A stretch of DNA of 64,000 nt from a virus (Duplodnaviria; Caudoviricetes), in IMG/VR virus record IMGVR_UViG_2706795740_000001, positions 62,342-126,341 of that record; one strand, given 5' to 3'. The notes below the pieces were generated by a model, which saw only the letters and a program-made list of their open reading frames with translations, was not told the origin of the DNA and made no database searches. Position 1 is the first letter of the stretch, and each line of letters begins with the position of its first letter. A program made the translations under genes and the position numbers. Of this stretch, positions 46,870 through 57,035 are shown piece after piece.

Positions 46870-47181
46870 TTAACTTAAATGGATAGTGCCAATTGCTTCA
46901 ATTTCTTTCTCAGTTGCTTCTTGATTATCTTCTACAGCTATCCATCCCGTACCAAAGTTCTCATTCTTCCCTAATTTCTCAGCTAGTTCAAACACATCTA
47001 ATCCAATTTCCTCTTCAATTTTTTCTTTAGCCAATTTGATAATTATGTTTTCATCAATATTTACACTAGATGTAAGTACAGTTGTATGTAATGTTGTATA
47101 AGGCTTAAGCATGAAAAATACTGTCCAACTATTAGCTTTCATAGTGACATTCCTTTCAAAATCAATTCTCTTTTGATACAT
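46870..47181 (-). CDS. Hypothetical protein
   Basis: AT-rich ORF; real start probably MKANSW. Confidence 0.5.
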   Translation of the reverse strand: MYQKRIDFERNVTMKANSWTVFFMLKPYTTLHTTVLTSSVNIDENIIIKLAKEKIEEEIGLDVFELAEKLGKNENFGTGWIAVEDNQEATEKEIEAIGTIHLS

Positions 47182-47353
47182 TAAATTCTACAGGCTTTTC
47201 TTTGGCACATTTATGACATCTTCTTCTTTCAGGGTAATACAAACCAATAATATCAGAGGGAGTAGGCAGAATGTGACCGCACTCCAAATAGTCTTCTAAA
47301 TATTCTCTATAAAGGACTTTCTTAAGTGGGTATTTTCTTCTATCTGGACGCAC
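47162..47353 (-). CDS. Small Cys-containing protein
   Basis: LECGH...RRCHKC. Confidence 0.55.
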   Translation of the reverse strand: MRPDRRKYPLKKVLYREYLEDYLECGHILPTPSDIIGLYYPERRRCHKCAKEKPVEFNVSKEN

Positions 47354-47386
47354 TTACTTTCACCTACTTTCATATTCATTATACCT

Positions 47387-47617
47387 CTAATACTCATTAC
47401 CTTTCATGCCCTCAAAATCTTGTGACTCTAAAAAATCAGTGAAGGAATCAGGGGAGTTGGTCATTTCACAGCTATCAATTAAATAGTCAATCACACAACC
47501 ATTATGTATATTATTTTTAATCAACCAGTCTCTAATGATATCATCATTCTGTCTAGCAATACTACTATGCTTTGCTTTCTTTTTAATTGCATCTTTAATG
47601 TATTTTGGGACTTTCAT
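47387..47617 (-). CDS. Hypothetical protein
   Basis: GGAGG RBS, MKVPKYI start. Confidence 0.6.
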   Translation of the reverse strand: MKVPKYIKDAIKKKAKHSSIARQNDDIIRDWLIKNNIHNGCVIDYLIDSCEMTNSPDSFTDFLESQDFEGMKGNEY

Positions 47618-47985
47618 TTTTACTCCTCCACTCTCAATGAAAGTTTTATTTACTCATTCTTTTTAATATCTCATCTTCTGACCACTTAATTAATTTTTCG
47701 ATTTTAGGAGAGAGGTAATTAAGCCTGTCTTTATGTGCTAGAACATGGAACTTTAAAAGAAACTCATTAGACCTTGACTGTACTTGCTTCTTTGTAGTTC
47801 TATCTAGTGTCTGTCTCACAAATTCATTTCACACCTTCCTCTATTTCACTGCAATTCCTTTAGACCTCTATAACAAGTGCCGCTATGTTAAAACTGTCAG
47901 CATAGTGACACTTGCAGTATATCGGCCCTTCTGAATTGCTTCATTACTTATAAGTCATATTTTCTTTAATCCGGGGGCTAATATG

Positions 47986-49413
47986 TCATACTCCTTTAAT
48001 TGCCGCCATCGGTTTGCATTCAGCCACAACGCTTGCCAAGTTAGCCCCTACAACAGAATCAATGATTTGATCGACGTTCTTGTATGCTTGCGGGCATTCA
48101 TCCAGAATAGAATCAAGCACCCGATGATTCACAAGGATTTCATCGTCCTGCCCTACGCGCAACGTCTGTGCAAACTCATCAACTGTCACCAGTTCTTTGG
48201 TCGCACGGCGGGAGCGCAATCGCCCTGCCCCGTGACATATGGAGTAAAAATTCTTAGCCCCTTCCTCTTTACCTACCATGATGAACGAACTTGTGCCCAT
48301 AGAGCCGGGAATTAACGCAGGGTGTCCAGTCCCCTTGTATACTTTTGGGTTCAGGAAATGACCCGGAGGAAGAGCACGTGTAGCTCCTTTACGATGTACA
48401 AGCATGGGCTGGTTGCGGTGGAACTCTTTCAATGCATAGTTGTGCATCAGGTCATAAAGCACCTTTGTTTCGCCTTTACTTCCAAAAGTTTCATTCAACG
48501 CCATAGCAACACCATAACCGACCATATGGCGGTTTACAACCGCAAAGTTAAGGGCGGAGTACATTAGGTTGATATATTCCTGCCCGATTTCTGAGCTAAT
48601 CGGAGCATATACAAGGTTTGGGTCTTTTGACTTGACGCCCCATAACTCCATGTGTTCCTTAAACTTCTTGGTAAGGCTTTGGCCGATCTTTCCGCCCCAC
48701 GCACGACTTCCGGAGTGAATCATTACAACTACCTGACCGTCAAATAGTCCCCACTCCTCTGCTGTCGCCCATTGGCTAGGGTAGTTGAGAAGGTCGATAT
48801 ACTGAATCTCGATGAAATGGTTTCCTCCGCCCAATGTACCAAGCTGTCCTGCCGCACGTTTGAAGATGGCTGTAGGCAAGTCATTCAGGTACTTATGGTC
48901 AAAGTCGAATTTAGGATTTTCCACATAGCAAGTGCTGGTGAGTCCAAACGCATCTTTGTACTTGGCAGGGAGACCAAACAGGCCGTCTGTGATTACTTCA
49001 TCAAGGCAAACATCTTCATAGTTGCTGTTTGTACGCTCGTTGGTTGGAACATACTTCTCGATAGCTTTGATCAGCTTACGCTTCAAGTCTTTATCTTTCA
49101 GATCATCCTTGTGAAGTGTAGTCTTCAGGACACGCATGCCACAACCAATGTCAGAACCCACGATAGAGGGTGAAACGAATCCGTCTTTCATGTTCCAGAC
49201 GGCGGTTGTGCCTATGCACGTCCCCACCCCAACGTGAGCATCTGGCGTATAAGACATGTGTATGTTACGCGGTATTGCAAGGTTGTTATTCGCCATGTCG
49301 AAGACCTTATGCTCCAATGTCTGTAAGACCTCATTATTGGCAAATACATGCAAGTCTCCGTGTTGCAGATTAAATGTGTGGTGGTTGTTGCCGTGGCATT
49401 GGTAGTTATTCAT
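47986..49413 (-). CDS. rtcB: RtcB family RNA ligase
   Basis: PDAH.G, VGSDIGCG, LGTLGGGNHFIE, HSGSR, HN, HRKGAT, PGSMG, HGAGR, AYK. Confidence 0.95.
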   Translation of the reverse strand: MNNYQCHGNNHHTFNLQHGDLHVFANNEVLQTLEHKVFDMANNNLAIPRNIHMSYTPDAHVGVGTCIGTTAVWNMKDGFVSPSIVGSDIGCGMRVLKTTLHKDDLKDKDLKRKLIKAIEKYVPTNERTNSNYEDVCLDEVITDGLFGLPAKYKDAFGLTSTCYVENPKFDFDHKYLNDLPTAIFKRAAGQLGTLGGGNHFIEIQYIDLLNYPSQWATAEEWGLFDGQVVVMIHSGSRAWGGKIGQSLTKKFKEHMELWGVKSKDPNLVYAPISSEIGQEYINLMYSALNFAVVNRHMVGYGVAMALNETFGSKGETKVLYDLMHNYALKEFHRNQPMLVHRKGATRALPPGHFLNPKVYKGTGHPALIPGSMGTSSFIMVGKEEGAKNFYSICHGAGRLRSRRATKELVTVDEFAQTLRVGQDDEILVNHRVLDSILDECPQAYKNVDQIIDSVVGANLASVVAECKPMAAIKGV

Positions 49414-49540
49414 TGCTATCTCTCCCTATTTGTCTTTTCACTATATATGGTGGAGATGTCTTACGATAAAGTTGCAACGTCAGTCGTTGTAGCTGTCAGC
49501 TATCTTCCACGCCATTTGATTCCATCCACTGGCATTGCTA

Positions 49541-49804
49541 TCACTTCTTGCCCTCTTCAGGATTTCGTATCGCCTTAATGGCCCTAGACGGTAGAGTTGA
49601 CAGGACAATCTTCAAAATGCCTTCCTCTAAATCATCCAGTTTCTCCTTGATATTATTAGCACGTCTTTCATCAGGAGCAGAAGAATATTTCTCTTCCTTC
49701 AGACGCTCGATCTCAAGCAGAGCCAAACGGTAGCGAATCTTTTCCCTGCCCAACTCTCTATACAAACCTTCAATTTCAGTAGCCAACCGCTCTTCCTTAA
49801 TCAT
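49541..49804 (-). CDS. Hypothetical coiled-coil protein
   Basis: GGGAGG RBS; own sigma-A promoter and operator. Confidence 0.6.
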   Translation of the reverse strand: MIKEERLATEIEGLYRELGREKIRYRLALLEIERLKEEKYSSAPDERRANNIKEKLDDLEEGILKIVLSTLPSRAIKAIRNPEEGKK

Positions 49805-49887
49805 CGTGTTCCCTCCCGTTGCTTACACCTTATTATTATTATAATACCCGTTTTAGGGTATTGTAAACACCCTACGTAAGAGGGCGG

Positions 49888-51642
49888 CTATGAAGCCTTG
49901 CCGCCCAAAATGTTCAGGATTTCTCCGGTACTCATCGGAGTCTCAACCATCGCATTGATAGTGAATTGTTTGTCGCCAAGCAGTTCCTCTACCTTCTCGT
50001 CAATGGTATCCTTGCTAATCAATGACCAAACGGTGATAGATTGGTGAACCTGCGCCCCGTAACGCCAACAACGCCCGATACATTGTGAGAGGTATGCAGG
50101 AGACCACGGTTTGCTTGTAAAGATGACGTGATTCCCACTTGTACCTGTCCATCCCTCACGGGCGGCGGCTTCACAACAAAGGATGATCTTGCAGGATTCA
50201 TCGTTTTGGAACTTGTCAACCTGTGCCTGCCTATCAGAAACTTCTTGATTCTTGCGGGCTTGGGATGACACATCTCCTGTCATGATTGCAGGGTTATACT
50301 TTTTGAAATAATTCTGCATGATATGAATGAAACGCTTAGAACGGGAGAAGATGACTGCTTTCTCGCCACGTGATACAATTTCTTCCAAAAGAGTTTCCAG
50401 TTCAGCAAGTTTCCCGCTACCCTTCTTGCCCTTCTCCCCTCCGACAATCTCCACGGACTCCGCAATCTGACTGAGACGTGCGAACGAACTAAGCTGTGTC
50501 GGAATGTCATCGAAGTCCAGATCATCGAAGTCAATTCCTTCAAAGTCACCGGATTCAATCTGCTTGTACAGTTTACGTTGAGCGGGTGTCATTTCGCAAT
50601 AGATATACTTATTGACAACAGGCGGCAAGTCCTTCAGCACGTCCTGCTTAAGCCTACGGAGCATGTTAGCTTGGAGCATAACCTTGACTTCCCCTACATT
50701 CTTGTACTTCTCCACCTTACCATAGCCGTTCAAGTCACAATACTTGTTTCTGAATTGGAAGAAGTTCAGTGTTGTAATACCTAACCACGCAAGCAAATTG
50801 TACATGTCGATAATCTCATTGATGATGGGTGTAGCTGTGATAGCGTACCGTTGTCTACTTTCGATTGCATGTATAAGCTTACCGGCTTGCGACTCCAGTG
50901 ATTTCACCTTGTGGAACTCATCACCGTACATAACATCAAAAGGTTTAGACTTATTGAACTGGATGAATTGCTGAATGTCCTGCCTAAACAACTCATAGGA
51001 CACGACAACTAGGTCACAGCAATCAGTGTTTTCCAAGTCAGCATACATCTGCGCTCGTTGCTTTTGTGTACCGGAAATAACCTTCACCCGCAGATTCGTA
51101 AAAACCTTTGCCTGATTCAACACGTCATAGGTCAGGGCCGCCTTGGTCACGTACAGTCCCCATTTGATAAGCCCGTACTGAATCTTGGCCTCATGACTAC
51201 ACAGAATAGGCGGTGTCTTACCAACACCCTCTTGGTCACTGATAACCATTTTATCCCGTGACATAAGAAGGTTAAAGGCTTGTACTTGGTGCGGGCGAAG
51301 AGGTGTCTTGGGTGTAAAAGGGATGCAATACTCTTCCGATATATCGGACGTGTCAATCCCCTTCACCAAAGACCCCATAGAGTCTTCTTCACCTTTCCAC
51401 ACAACCATTTCATTCACGGTCTTGTACTTCAGCTCTTCAGCTTTATAGAAAGGTAGTCCGTATACCATCGGCTCACGGTCATTGAACCAACCCTCGATAG
51501 AGGTAATAATGCCTACCAGTTCAGGACTAAGTGTCCGCACGTAAAGCCGAAGGTATTCCACCCCATCATAAGTGACTTTGGTTACTTCAAGCATTCGCCC
51601 TACCTCCTTTGTAATGGTATCCCTTTTCCCTAAGATACTCAA
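49888..51642 (-). CDS. SNF2-family helicase
   Basis: LRPHQ, DQEGVGKT, DEFH, TATPI.N, MLRRLK, Q..GRCWR.G. Confidence 0.9.
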   Translation of the reverse strand: MSILGKRDTITKEVGRMLEVTKVTYDGVEYLRLYVRTLSPELVGIITSIEGWFNDREPMVYGLPFYKAEELKYKTVNEMVVWKGEEDSMGSLVKGIDTSDISEEYCIPFTPKTPLRPHQVQAFNLLMSRDKMVISDQEGVGKTPPILCSHEAKIQYGLIKWGLYVTKAALTYDVLNQAKVFTNLRVKVISGTQKQRAQMYADLENTDCCDLVVVSYELFRQDIQQFIQFNKSKPFDVMYGDEFHKVKSLESQAGKLIHAIESRQRYAITATPIINEIIDMYNLLAWLGITTLNFFQFRNKYCDLNGYGKVEKYKNVGEVKVMLQANMLRRLKQDVLKDLPPVVNKYIYCEMTPAQRKLYKQIESGDFEGIDFDDLDFDDIPTQLSSFARLSQIAESVEIVGGEKGKKGSGKLAELETLLEEIVSRGEKAVIFSRSKRFIHIMQNYFKKYNPAIMTGDVSSQARKNQEVSDRQAQVDKFQNDESCKIILCCEAAAREGWTGTSGNHVIFTSKPWSPAYLSQCIGRCWRYGAQVHQSITVWSLISKDTIDEKVEELLGDKQFTINAMVETPMSTGEILNILGGKAS

Positions 51643-52120
51643 TGACAGTTAGGTTTCGTTTCCTAGCCTGATAAGCAATAGCCTGATACAGCTTGCTTTT
51701 CCTGCCTAACTCGCCTAATACGCCGTTCTCTGCTCTCTGCTCAACTCTGCTCAATAACTCATCTTCCGTCAGCGTCTTGTCATAGGTGACGGACAATCCC
51801 CATCCGGTCAATATTTCCGCAGGTGTTCCGTATTCACATAGCTTCTTATAGTACGTCCGGTGATTCGCCTTTAAGTCGGACAAGTTAACTGTTGTCCCGA
51901 ACTTCAATTGAAGCCTACGCTTGAACTGCATCTCTTCATCATCTACACAGTAAGGAACAAGTAACTCATACCGACTGCCTATGTTCTTTAAGGACCGCCT
52001 AATGAGTGGTTGCAGTCGAACGTCCTTCACAAGTCGCCTAAGTGCAGGGTCAGTTACCTTGCTTACATGCACAACGCCATTAACAGCGTAAGGAATTAGT
52101 CGCATAGCAGTATGTTTCAT
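51587..52120 (-). CDS. Hypothetical DNA-binding protein
   Basis: Basic helical ORF coupled to the helicase. Confidence 0.55.
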   Translation of the reverse strand: MKHTAMRLIPYAVNGVVHVSKVTDPALRRLVKDVRLQPLIRRSLKNIGSRYELLVPYCVDDEEMQFKRRLQLKFGTTVNLSDLKANHRTYYKKLCEYGTPAEILTGWGLSVTYDKTLTEDELLSRVEQRAENGVLGELGRKSKLYQAIAYQARKRNLTVIEYLREKGYHYKGGRANA

Positions 52121-52407
52121 TATTTAACTTCTGCAAGGTAAATTTCTTTAGAGTGGTTAAGTGCTACTTCAATCATCTGACTGACTTCCGATTCCGTCAT
52201 CCCGTGGCTCTTGAGTGTGGCCATGTAAGCAACAACCGTGTTATGAAGGGCGGCGGTCAAGGTGTTCAAGTCAAACACGCCGATAAGGACATCGTCCACG
52301 TCAACCGAACTATCTTCATTCTCTTGAACGACGAACGAACCAGCGATGCCCTTCCCCTCCATAACCACCGTTTCTTGGCCGTCTGTCTCAATTGTGACTT
52401 TTACCAT
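52120..52407 (-). CDS. Hypothetical acidic protein
   Basis: GGAGTG RBS downstream of promoter 52441. Confidence 0.6.
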   Translation of the reverse strand: MVKVTIETDGQETVVMEGKGIAGSFVVQENEDSSVDVDDVLIGVFDLNTLTAALHNTVVAYMATLKSHGMTESEVSQMIEVALNHSKEIYLAEVK

Positions 52408-52470
52408 TCTGATTTCACTCCTTCCATGTCTCTCAAGATTTATGGTCGTTCCATGTATGTAATAAGTTGC

Positions 52471-52764
52471 TCAGTTACAGAATCCTTCTGATTCCAGAGC
52501 CTGCACTACAGGGTCAGTCATCTCAAACACTATGTAGTAATCAAATTTAACATCGCTTACTTCTTTAACGATCACCTCAGCACCATTACGTTCTGCCCAT
52601 ATACTTAACTTTTCAAAATCATCGTAAATACCGTAATTGGGTCGGTATCTGTTTACACCTACCAGCTTATAGGTGTAAAGACCAGTGCAACGGACATTCT
52701 CTGCAATATCTCTTATGTATTTAGGAATAACAGCCTTCCCGTTAGCCCACAGTTTATTTGCCAT
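52471..52764 (-). CDS. Hypothetical protein
   Basis: GGAG RBS. Confidence 0.6.
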   Translation of the reverse strand: MANKLWANGKAVIPKYIRDIAENVRCTGLYTYKLVGVNRYRPNYGIYDDFEKLSIWAERNGAEVIVKEVSDVKFDYYIVFEMTDPVVQALESEGFCN

Positions 52765-52833
52765 GTACTCCGCCCCCGTTTATGTATTCCCGCCCGAAGG
52801 CGGGGAGATATGTGATTTACGTTTTGTCAAACA

Positions 52834-53220
52834 TTACTCACCCACCACCTTTACGCCTAATGCTTTCAGCCTCTTAATCCACTTTCCATACTCACCTTGC
52901 GTCCAAGTGAATAATTCAATTGCACTCCTGACCTCTTCGTCCGTCATATCCCGTAGATTACCTTCTTCATCAGACACACTTACAACAAAATCACCGGCAA
53001 TGATCTCGTATATCTCATCTTCATTCCAAAGCGGGCGATTGTACGGAAGCCCGATTATCTTTCCTTCTTCATTGCAGATCAGGTAAAATCCTCGGTAGCG
53101 TACAAGCTCTATGTAGCCACCGACAATTGCTTGCAATTTGCTAAGATCATTACTAATAATCTTGACGTATGGTACAAGATTGTCGTGCTCTACCACAACT
53201 ACTCGAATTGTTTTATGCAT
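52834..53220 (-). CDS. DUF3846-family protein
   Basis: LQAIVGGYIE...CNEEGK..GLP.NR...IAGD. Confidence 0.85.
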   Translation of the reverse strand: MHKTIRVVVVEHDNLVPYVKIISNDLSKLQAIVGGYIELVRYRGFYLICNEEGKIIGLPYNRPLWNEDEIYEIIAGDFVVSVSDEEGNLRDMTDEEVRSAIELFTWTQGEYGKWIKRLKALGVKVVGE

Positions 53221-53369
53221 CACATTACATCCTCTCATCCAGCTTTCCTTTACAACACAGATTATATCACATGTTTTGGGGTATTGTAAATACCCTTAAA
53301 AAGAAGCCCGAAGGGCTTATATTTGGTAAAATTTCAACAATAACTTTGTAAATACCCTTATTTCGCCTG

Positions 53370-53654
53370 TTAGATTTTCTTAGCTATCACTTCGGACTTG
53401 CCCTTAGCAATACCGTGGGCCACAGAGTCTATAAGCAGGTTATGTATGTCTTCGAAATTTGCAGATGTGTTCTTGAACAAAAATACCGTAATAGCCTGAG
53501 AAAGCGCTGATACGCATTGTTCAATTTCCTCAGTATCTGGCGATACCGCCATTATAGTGTTGAACTCCTTTTTGTTACCTTCAATCTTCAAAGTGACAGC
53601 TATGAGACCGTCAGTATTTTCGTTAAGCCACTCTTCTGTTTGCTTCTCATTCAT
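53370..53654 (-). CDS. Hypothetical protein
   Basis: Coupled ORF. Confidence 0.55.
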   Translation of the reverse strand: MNEKQTEEWLNENTDGLIAVTLKIEGNKKEFNTIMAVSPDTEEIEQCVSALSQAITVFLFKNTSANFEDIHNLLIDSVAHGIAKGKSEVIAKKI

Positions 53655-54091
53655 TAATCTCGCCCTCCTTGATAATATTCTGTTGGGTCAAGTCCAATAT
53701 CACGTAAGGAGTTCAACTGAATACTGAAGTTATGCTCAAGCCTAGCACCGAACCGCCTAATGAAGTCTTTTATTTCAACTTCACGGCTTGGTGCTTCCTG
53801 TACAACCTCACGTACTGTAGGGTGGGCGGTAGCAGTAGCGAACAGTGAAATGGTCTTTGGTCTTCCCTGTTCGTCACGCTCAGGCATGGGACTTAACATG
53901 AGTTCCATTTCACTGTCCATGCTTTCCAGTACCCTACCTACCCCTTCAGTGCAAAAGTACAGGACGCCTTTTGTTCCTTCAACGATTACCAGTTCATGCT
54001 GAAGGTGAGTAGTTAGTTGTCGTTCATTCTGCTTCAGGTTGGAGTCCTCAACCATCTTACGGATATCGTATGCTTTCAATGTTTTAACCAT
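53654..54091 (-). CDS. Hypothetical protein
   Basis: ATG 54091 after GGGGAGG. Confidence 0.6.
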   Translation of the reverse strand: MVKTLKAYDIRKMVEDSNLKQNERQLTTHLQHELVIVEGTKGVLYFCTEGVGRVLESMDSEMELMLSPMPERDEQGRPKTISLFATATAHPTVREVVQEAPSREVEIKDFIRRFGARLEHNFSIQLNSLRDIGLDPTEYYQGGRD

Positions 54092-54092
54092 C

Positions 54093-54332
54093 TTAAACGT
54101 CCTCCCCTTTAATTTCATTTATGTACAACGTGTGACCATCGAATGTGACGGACATTTTGCCATCCTCACCGTGAACGACTTCGAGCCATGCCGACTTACT
54201 ACCGTCAGCGTACCGGACACTTACTTCATCCTTAAAACTGTTGGGGTCGGAGTAGAGGGAGATACATTCTACCCTCTTTCCATCGACCTCCCAATACCCG
54301 ATAATACGCCTTGCCCCAAAGTTTGTTATCAT
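54093..54332 (-). CDS. Hypothetical protein
   Basis: GAGGTGG RBS. Confidence 0.55.
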   Translation of the reverse strand: MITNFGARRIIGYWEVDGKRVECISLYSDPNSFKDEVSVRYADGSKSAWLEVVHGEDGKMSVTFDGHTLYINEIKGEDV

Positions 54333-54333
54333 A

Positions 54334-54834
54334 TTATACCACCTCGCAAATGGATTTTGGCGTACTTGTGTGCCTAATCATCTTTGCCGCGTTATTTTCA
54401 CATATAGTCGTTGCGATCAGGAAAGTCATGACGGTAGAAGGCGTGGGATTAGTGCCTTTACTTAGACGACGAACTTCCATGTACAACTCGTCTTTGTACA
54501 ACTTTGCATTCGTGATATAATTGTCATTATTGTTCGCCCGCCAGTGCAGTTTCAGGATGTCGCCCACTCTAATAAGTCTTGCTATAGTTTCCCATGTCGC
54601 TTCATAAAGAGCGGCAGAAAGTACATAGTCAGCCCCACGAATTTCTCCTAGACCGTAACGAAAACCTGACACCTTAGTGTAACATTTAATTACATGCTCT
54701 ATTTCATCCTTCATAATCGCTTTGATTTCAGATTGACCGTCAGGTTTCAGAAAAAACACAATATCTTTCCCTTTTCGTAAGGCATTGACATCTCCTTTAG
54801 TGAGTTGATGTCCAATCTTATCATGAATGTCCAT
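54334..54834 (-). CDS. Hypothetical protein
   Basis: GGGAGG RBS; operator and promoter upstream. Confidence 0.65.
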   Translation of the reverse strand: MDIHDKIGHQLTKGDVNALRKGKDIVFFLKPDGQSEIKAIMKDEIEHVIKCYTKVSGFRYGLGEIRGADYVLSAALYEATWETIARLIRVGDILKLHWRANNNDNYITNAKLYKDELYMEVRRLSKGTNPTPSTVMTFLIATTICENNAAKMIRHTSTPKSICEVV

Positions 54835-54929
54835 TATGCATACCCCTCCCTAACCGATATAAACAATTTTATACTATGGTTAGGGGTATTGTCAATACCC
54901 CTAAATGTGATGGGGTACGAATGATACCC

Positions 54930-55229
54930 CTATTTCCCTTTGTATTCAGGATTAGGAACAAGGCGAAATACATCTTCCACTGCCACACCAAGCCACTCAC
55001 ATACCTTAATGGCTGTAGGCAAGGATGGTTGTGTTTTATTGCGCCTCATAAGATTGATTGTATCAGGTTGCACGCTACAGTATTCTGCCAGTTCTGTTTC
55101 AAGGTCTAACAAACTTGGGCGGCTACTACCGTACACATTTGTTACACGCCGCGCCTGTTCCATCATTAAAAAACGTGTTAATTCATTGTTAGTCTTATAC
55201 GGCAACGGAAGCCTTGCCAATCTAAACAA
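54930..55229 (-). CDS. XRE-family HTH regulator
   Basis: ELAEYCSVQPDTIN......QPSL..AIK....LGV.VEDVF. Confidence 0.8.
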   Translation of the reverse strand: MFRLARLPLPYKTNNELTRFLMMEQARRVTNVYGSSRPSLLDLETELAEYCSVQPDTINLMRRNKTQPSLPTAIKVCEWLGVAVEDVFRLVPNPEYKGK

Positions 55230-55235
55230 CCCCTA

Positions 55236-55688
55236 TCAAGTAAAAGTATCATACACCTTACTATTTTGAAATGTTTTGCGGATCACTTCTTCAATTCCCC
55301 ACGAACTACAGTAGGAATAGAAGTGCATTACTTGGTCAATTTGTTTGTCATACATATCAACTGCAAAAGCCGCCTGTAACTCACCGTTCAGGTCAGTACC
55401 AATAATAACTACTTTGTCATTATCTTTTAGCGTGCTAATCAACTCGTCAGTCATTCCCTCAATCGTGCCGCCTAACAAGAAGTAAGCCATCACCTTGTCT
55501 TCCGTATCCTTCAGCACTGTGAGATATAAACCTCCCGGAGTATCGCCGCCAGTCATCGAAACGAACCCAACCTTGACAGGTTGAATGTAGTCACCTCGAT
55601 CATTAGTCCACTCAGGAAAAAAAGCACGTGTACCTTTTATCTTGTGATTAGTAGCCGCCAAAATCGCATTCTGCACAAACTTATTCAT
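55236..55688 (-). CDS. Hypothetical protein
   Basis: ATG 55688 after GAGGAG. Confidence 0.6.
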   Translation of the reverse strand: MNKFVQNAILAATNHKIKGTRAFFPEWTNDRGDYIQPVKVGFVSMTGGDTPGGLYLTVLKDTEDKVMAYFLLGGTIEGMTDELISTLKDNDKVVIIGTDLNGELQAAFAVDMYDKQIDQVMHFYSYCSSWGIEEVIRKTFQNSKVYDTFT

Positions 55689-55752
55689 AAGACCATCTCC
55701 TCTAATATTATAAGCCGCCCGATGGGGTATTGTCAATAACGTCAACCACCCC

Positions 55753-56856
55753 CTATAATTCGATTAATTCCCCCACAATATCGGTATTAATGTTCTTTCT
55801 TGTCTTACTTTTCGACTTTTCTTTAACTAAACTTCCCTCAACTCTTAGTAGTTCTTCCATCAAAGGAAGACCGTTATATTTGAGATAGGCGTTAACCATA
55901 CCATTAAAATCTTCACGTGCCATCCAGATATCTTGTTTAGAATGAGACGCATCCCCTTCTTGATAGATAGAAATGTACCCACAAATATTGGATAACGAAA
56001 TATCCCCATATTCCCTTCCTTCTTGCTGATAAATAAGTTCATCTTCAAAAAATCTGCCGTTGCTCTCAGCGCAATTATATCTTTGTGTAATTTCACCAAA
56101 ATTCTGATAAAATCTGTTGGCCAATGCAAACACCTGAAGAATTAGGTTGATCGTGTCTTGACAATCCTTAATTACTACGAATTCTTTTTCCGTGTGTTCA
56201 TTGTAGTATCCTGCGGATAGATTGACTGAGTGAATACCATTAGAAGAAAAGGTAATAGCATCAGACGTTCCACCGCCCACAACTTTCCAGTCCATGTCCA
56301 AGAGGCCAGAGCAATTCTCAAAGAATTTACCTACAGCCTCAGAGCAGAAATTATAAGGTGCGCCACAACCAGTTACGATATCACGATTACCTCGGCGATC
56401 AACTACAATCGCAAGGTCTACATCCTCATACCAGTTAACATCCATCTTTCTCGAACCTACGCAACCAATTTCTTCAGATACAGTAAATGCTACCTTAATG
56501 TTCCCGTTGAAATCAATTTTGTCAATGTTACGCAGTACACTCATGATGATCGCTATCCCCGCCCTATCATCTGCACCCAGTACACCTTTTGTGCTGAAGA
56601 ATACACCATTTTTCTCAATGACTTTGCGGCCCTTTTGTATATTCTTCACACTATCCATATGAGCAGAAAGCATGACTATCGCGCCGTTGCCATCTCCGCA
56701 TTTCTTTTCTGCAAGAAGGTTGCCTGCCGCGTCTACGTGAATCTTATCAACCAACTCAACCAATTTAGGTTCGAGGTACTTACGGACTTTCGTTTCTTGG
56801 CCAGACGGTGCTTCGATACAAAGTAGTTCGAATAGTTGTTGCTCGAAAGATACCAT
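55753..56856 (-). CDS. M20/M28/M42-family zinc peptidase
   Basis: SG.E, AHMD, GADDRAG, EEIG..GS, DR, EHT. Confidence 0.85.
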   Translation of the reverse strand: MVSFEQQLFELLCIEAPSGQETKVRKYLEPKLVELVDKIHVDAAGNLLAEKKCGDGNGAIVMLSAHMDSVKNIQKGRKVIEKNGVFFSTKGVLGADDRAGIAIIMSVLRNIDKIDFNGNIKVAFTVSEEIGCVGSRKMDVNWYEDVDLAIVVDRRGNRDIVTGCGAPYNFCSEAVGKFFENCSGLLDMDWKVVGGGTSDAITFSSNGIHSVNLSAGYYNEHTEKEFVVIKDCQDTINLILQVFALANRFYQNFGEITQRYNCAESNGRFFEDELIYQQEGREYGDISLSNICGYISIYQEGDASHSKQDIWMAREDFNGMVNAYLKYNGLPLMEELLRVEGSLVKEKSKSKTRKNINTDIVGELIEL

Positions 56857-57035
56857 ATATAATTTCCCCTTGATAATAGATTTTATTTCCCCCGTGAATT
56901 AAATAAATTGTTTAGGGGTATTGTTAATCCTGTTATATGTGATCGAAGAGGCACTTCCTTCTCTGTCGCCTAAATTAAATCATATGCTTAGGCGTATTTA
57001 CAATACTCCTAAAAAATGGGCGAATATACGCCCAT

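Larger units (their letters stand above)
6473..52470 (-). promoter_or_regulatory. Family of 17 phage promoters GCAACT-N16-C(G/C)ACCATA
   Basis: 30-bp motif starting at 6473, 8121, 10071, 11219, 14227, 16178, 20620, 24585, 30418, 31685, 34722, 39841, 40598, 43232, 46334, 49446, 52441; constant 16-nt spacer, always upstream of a minus-strand gene. Confidence 0.85.
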
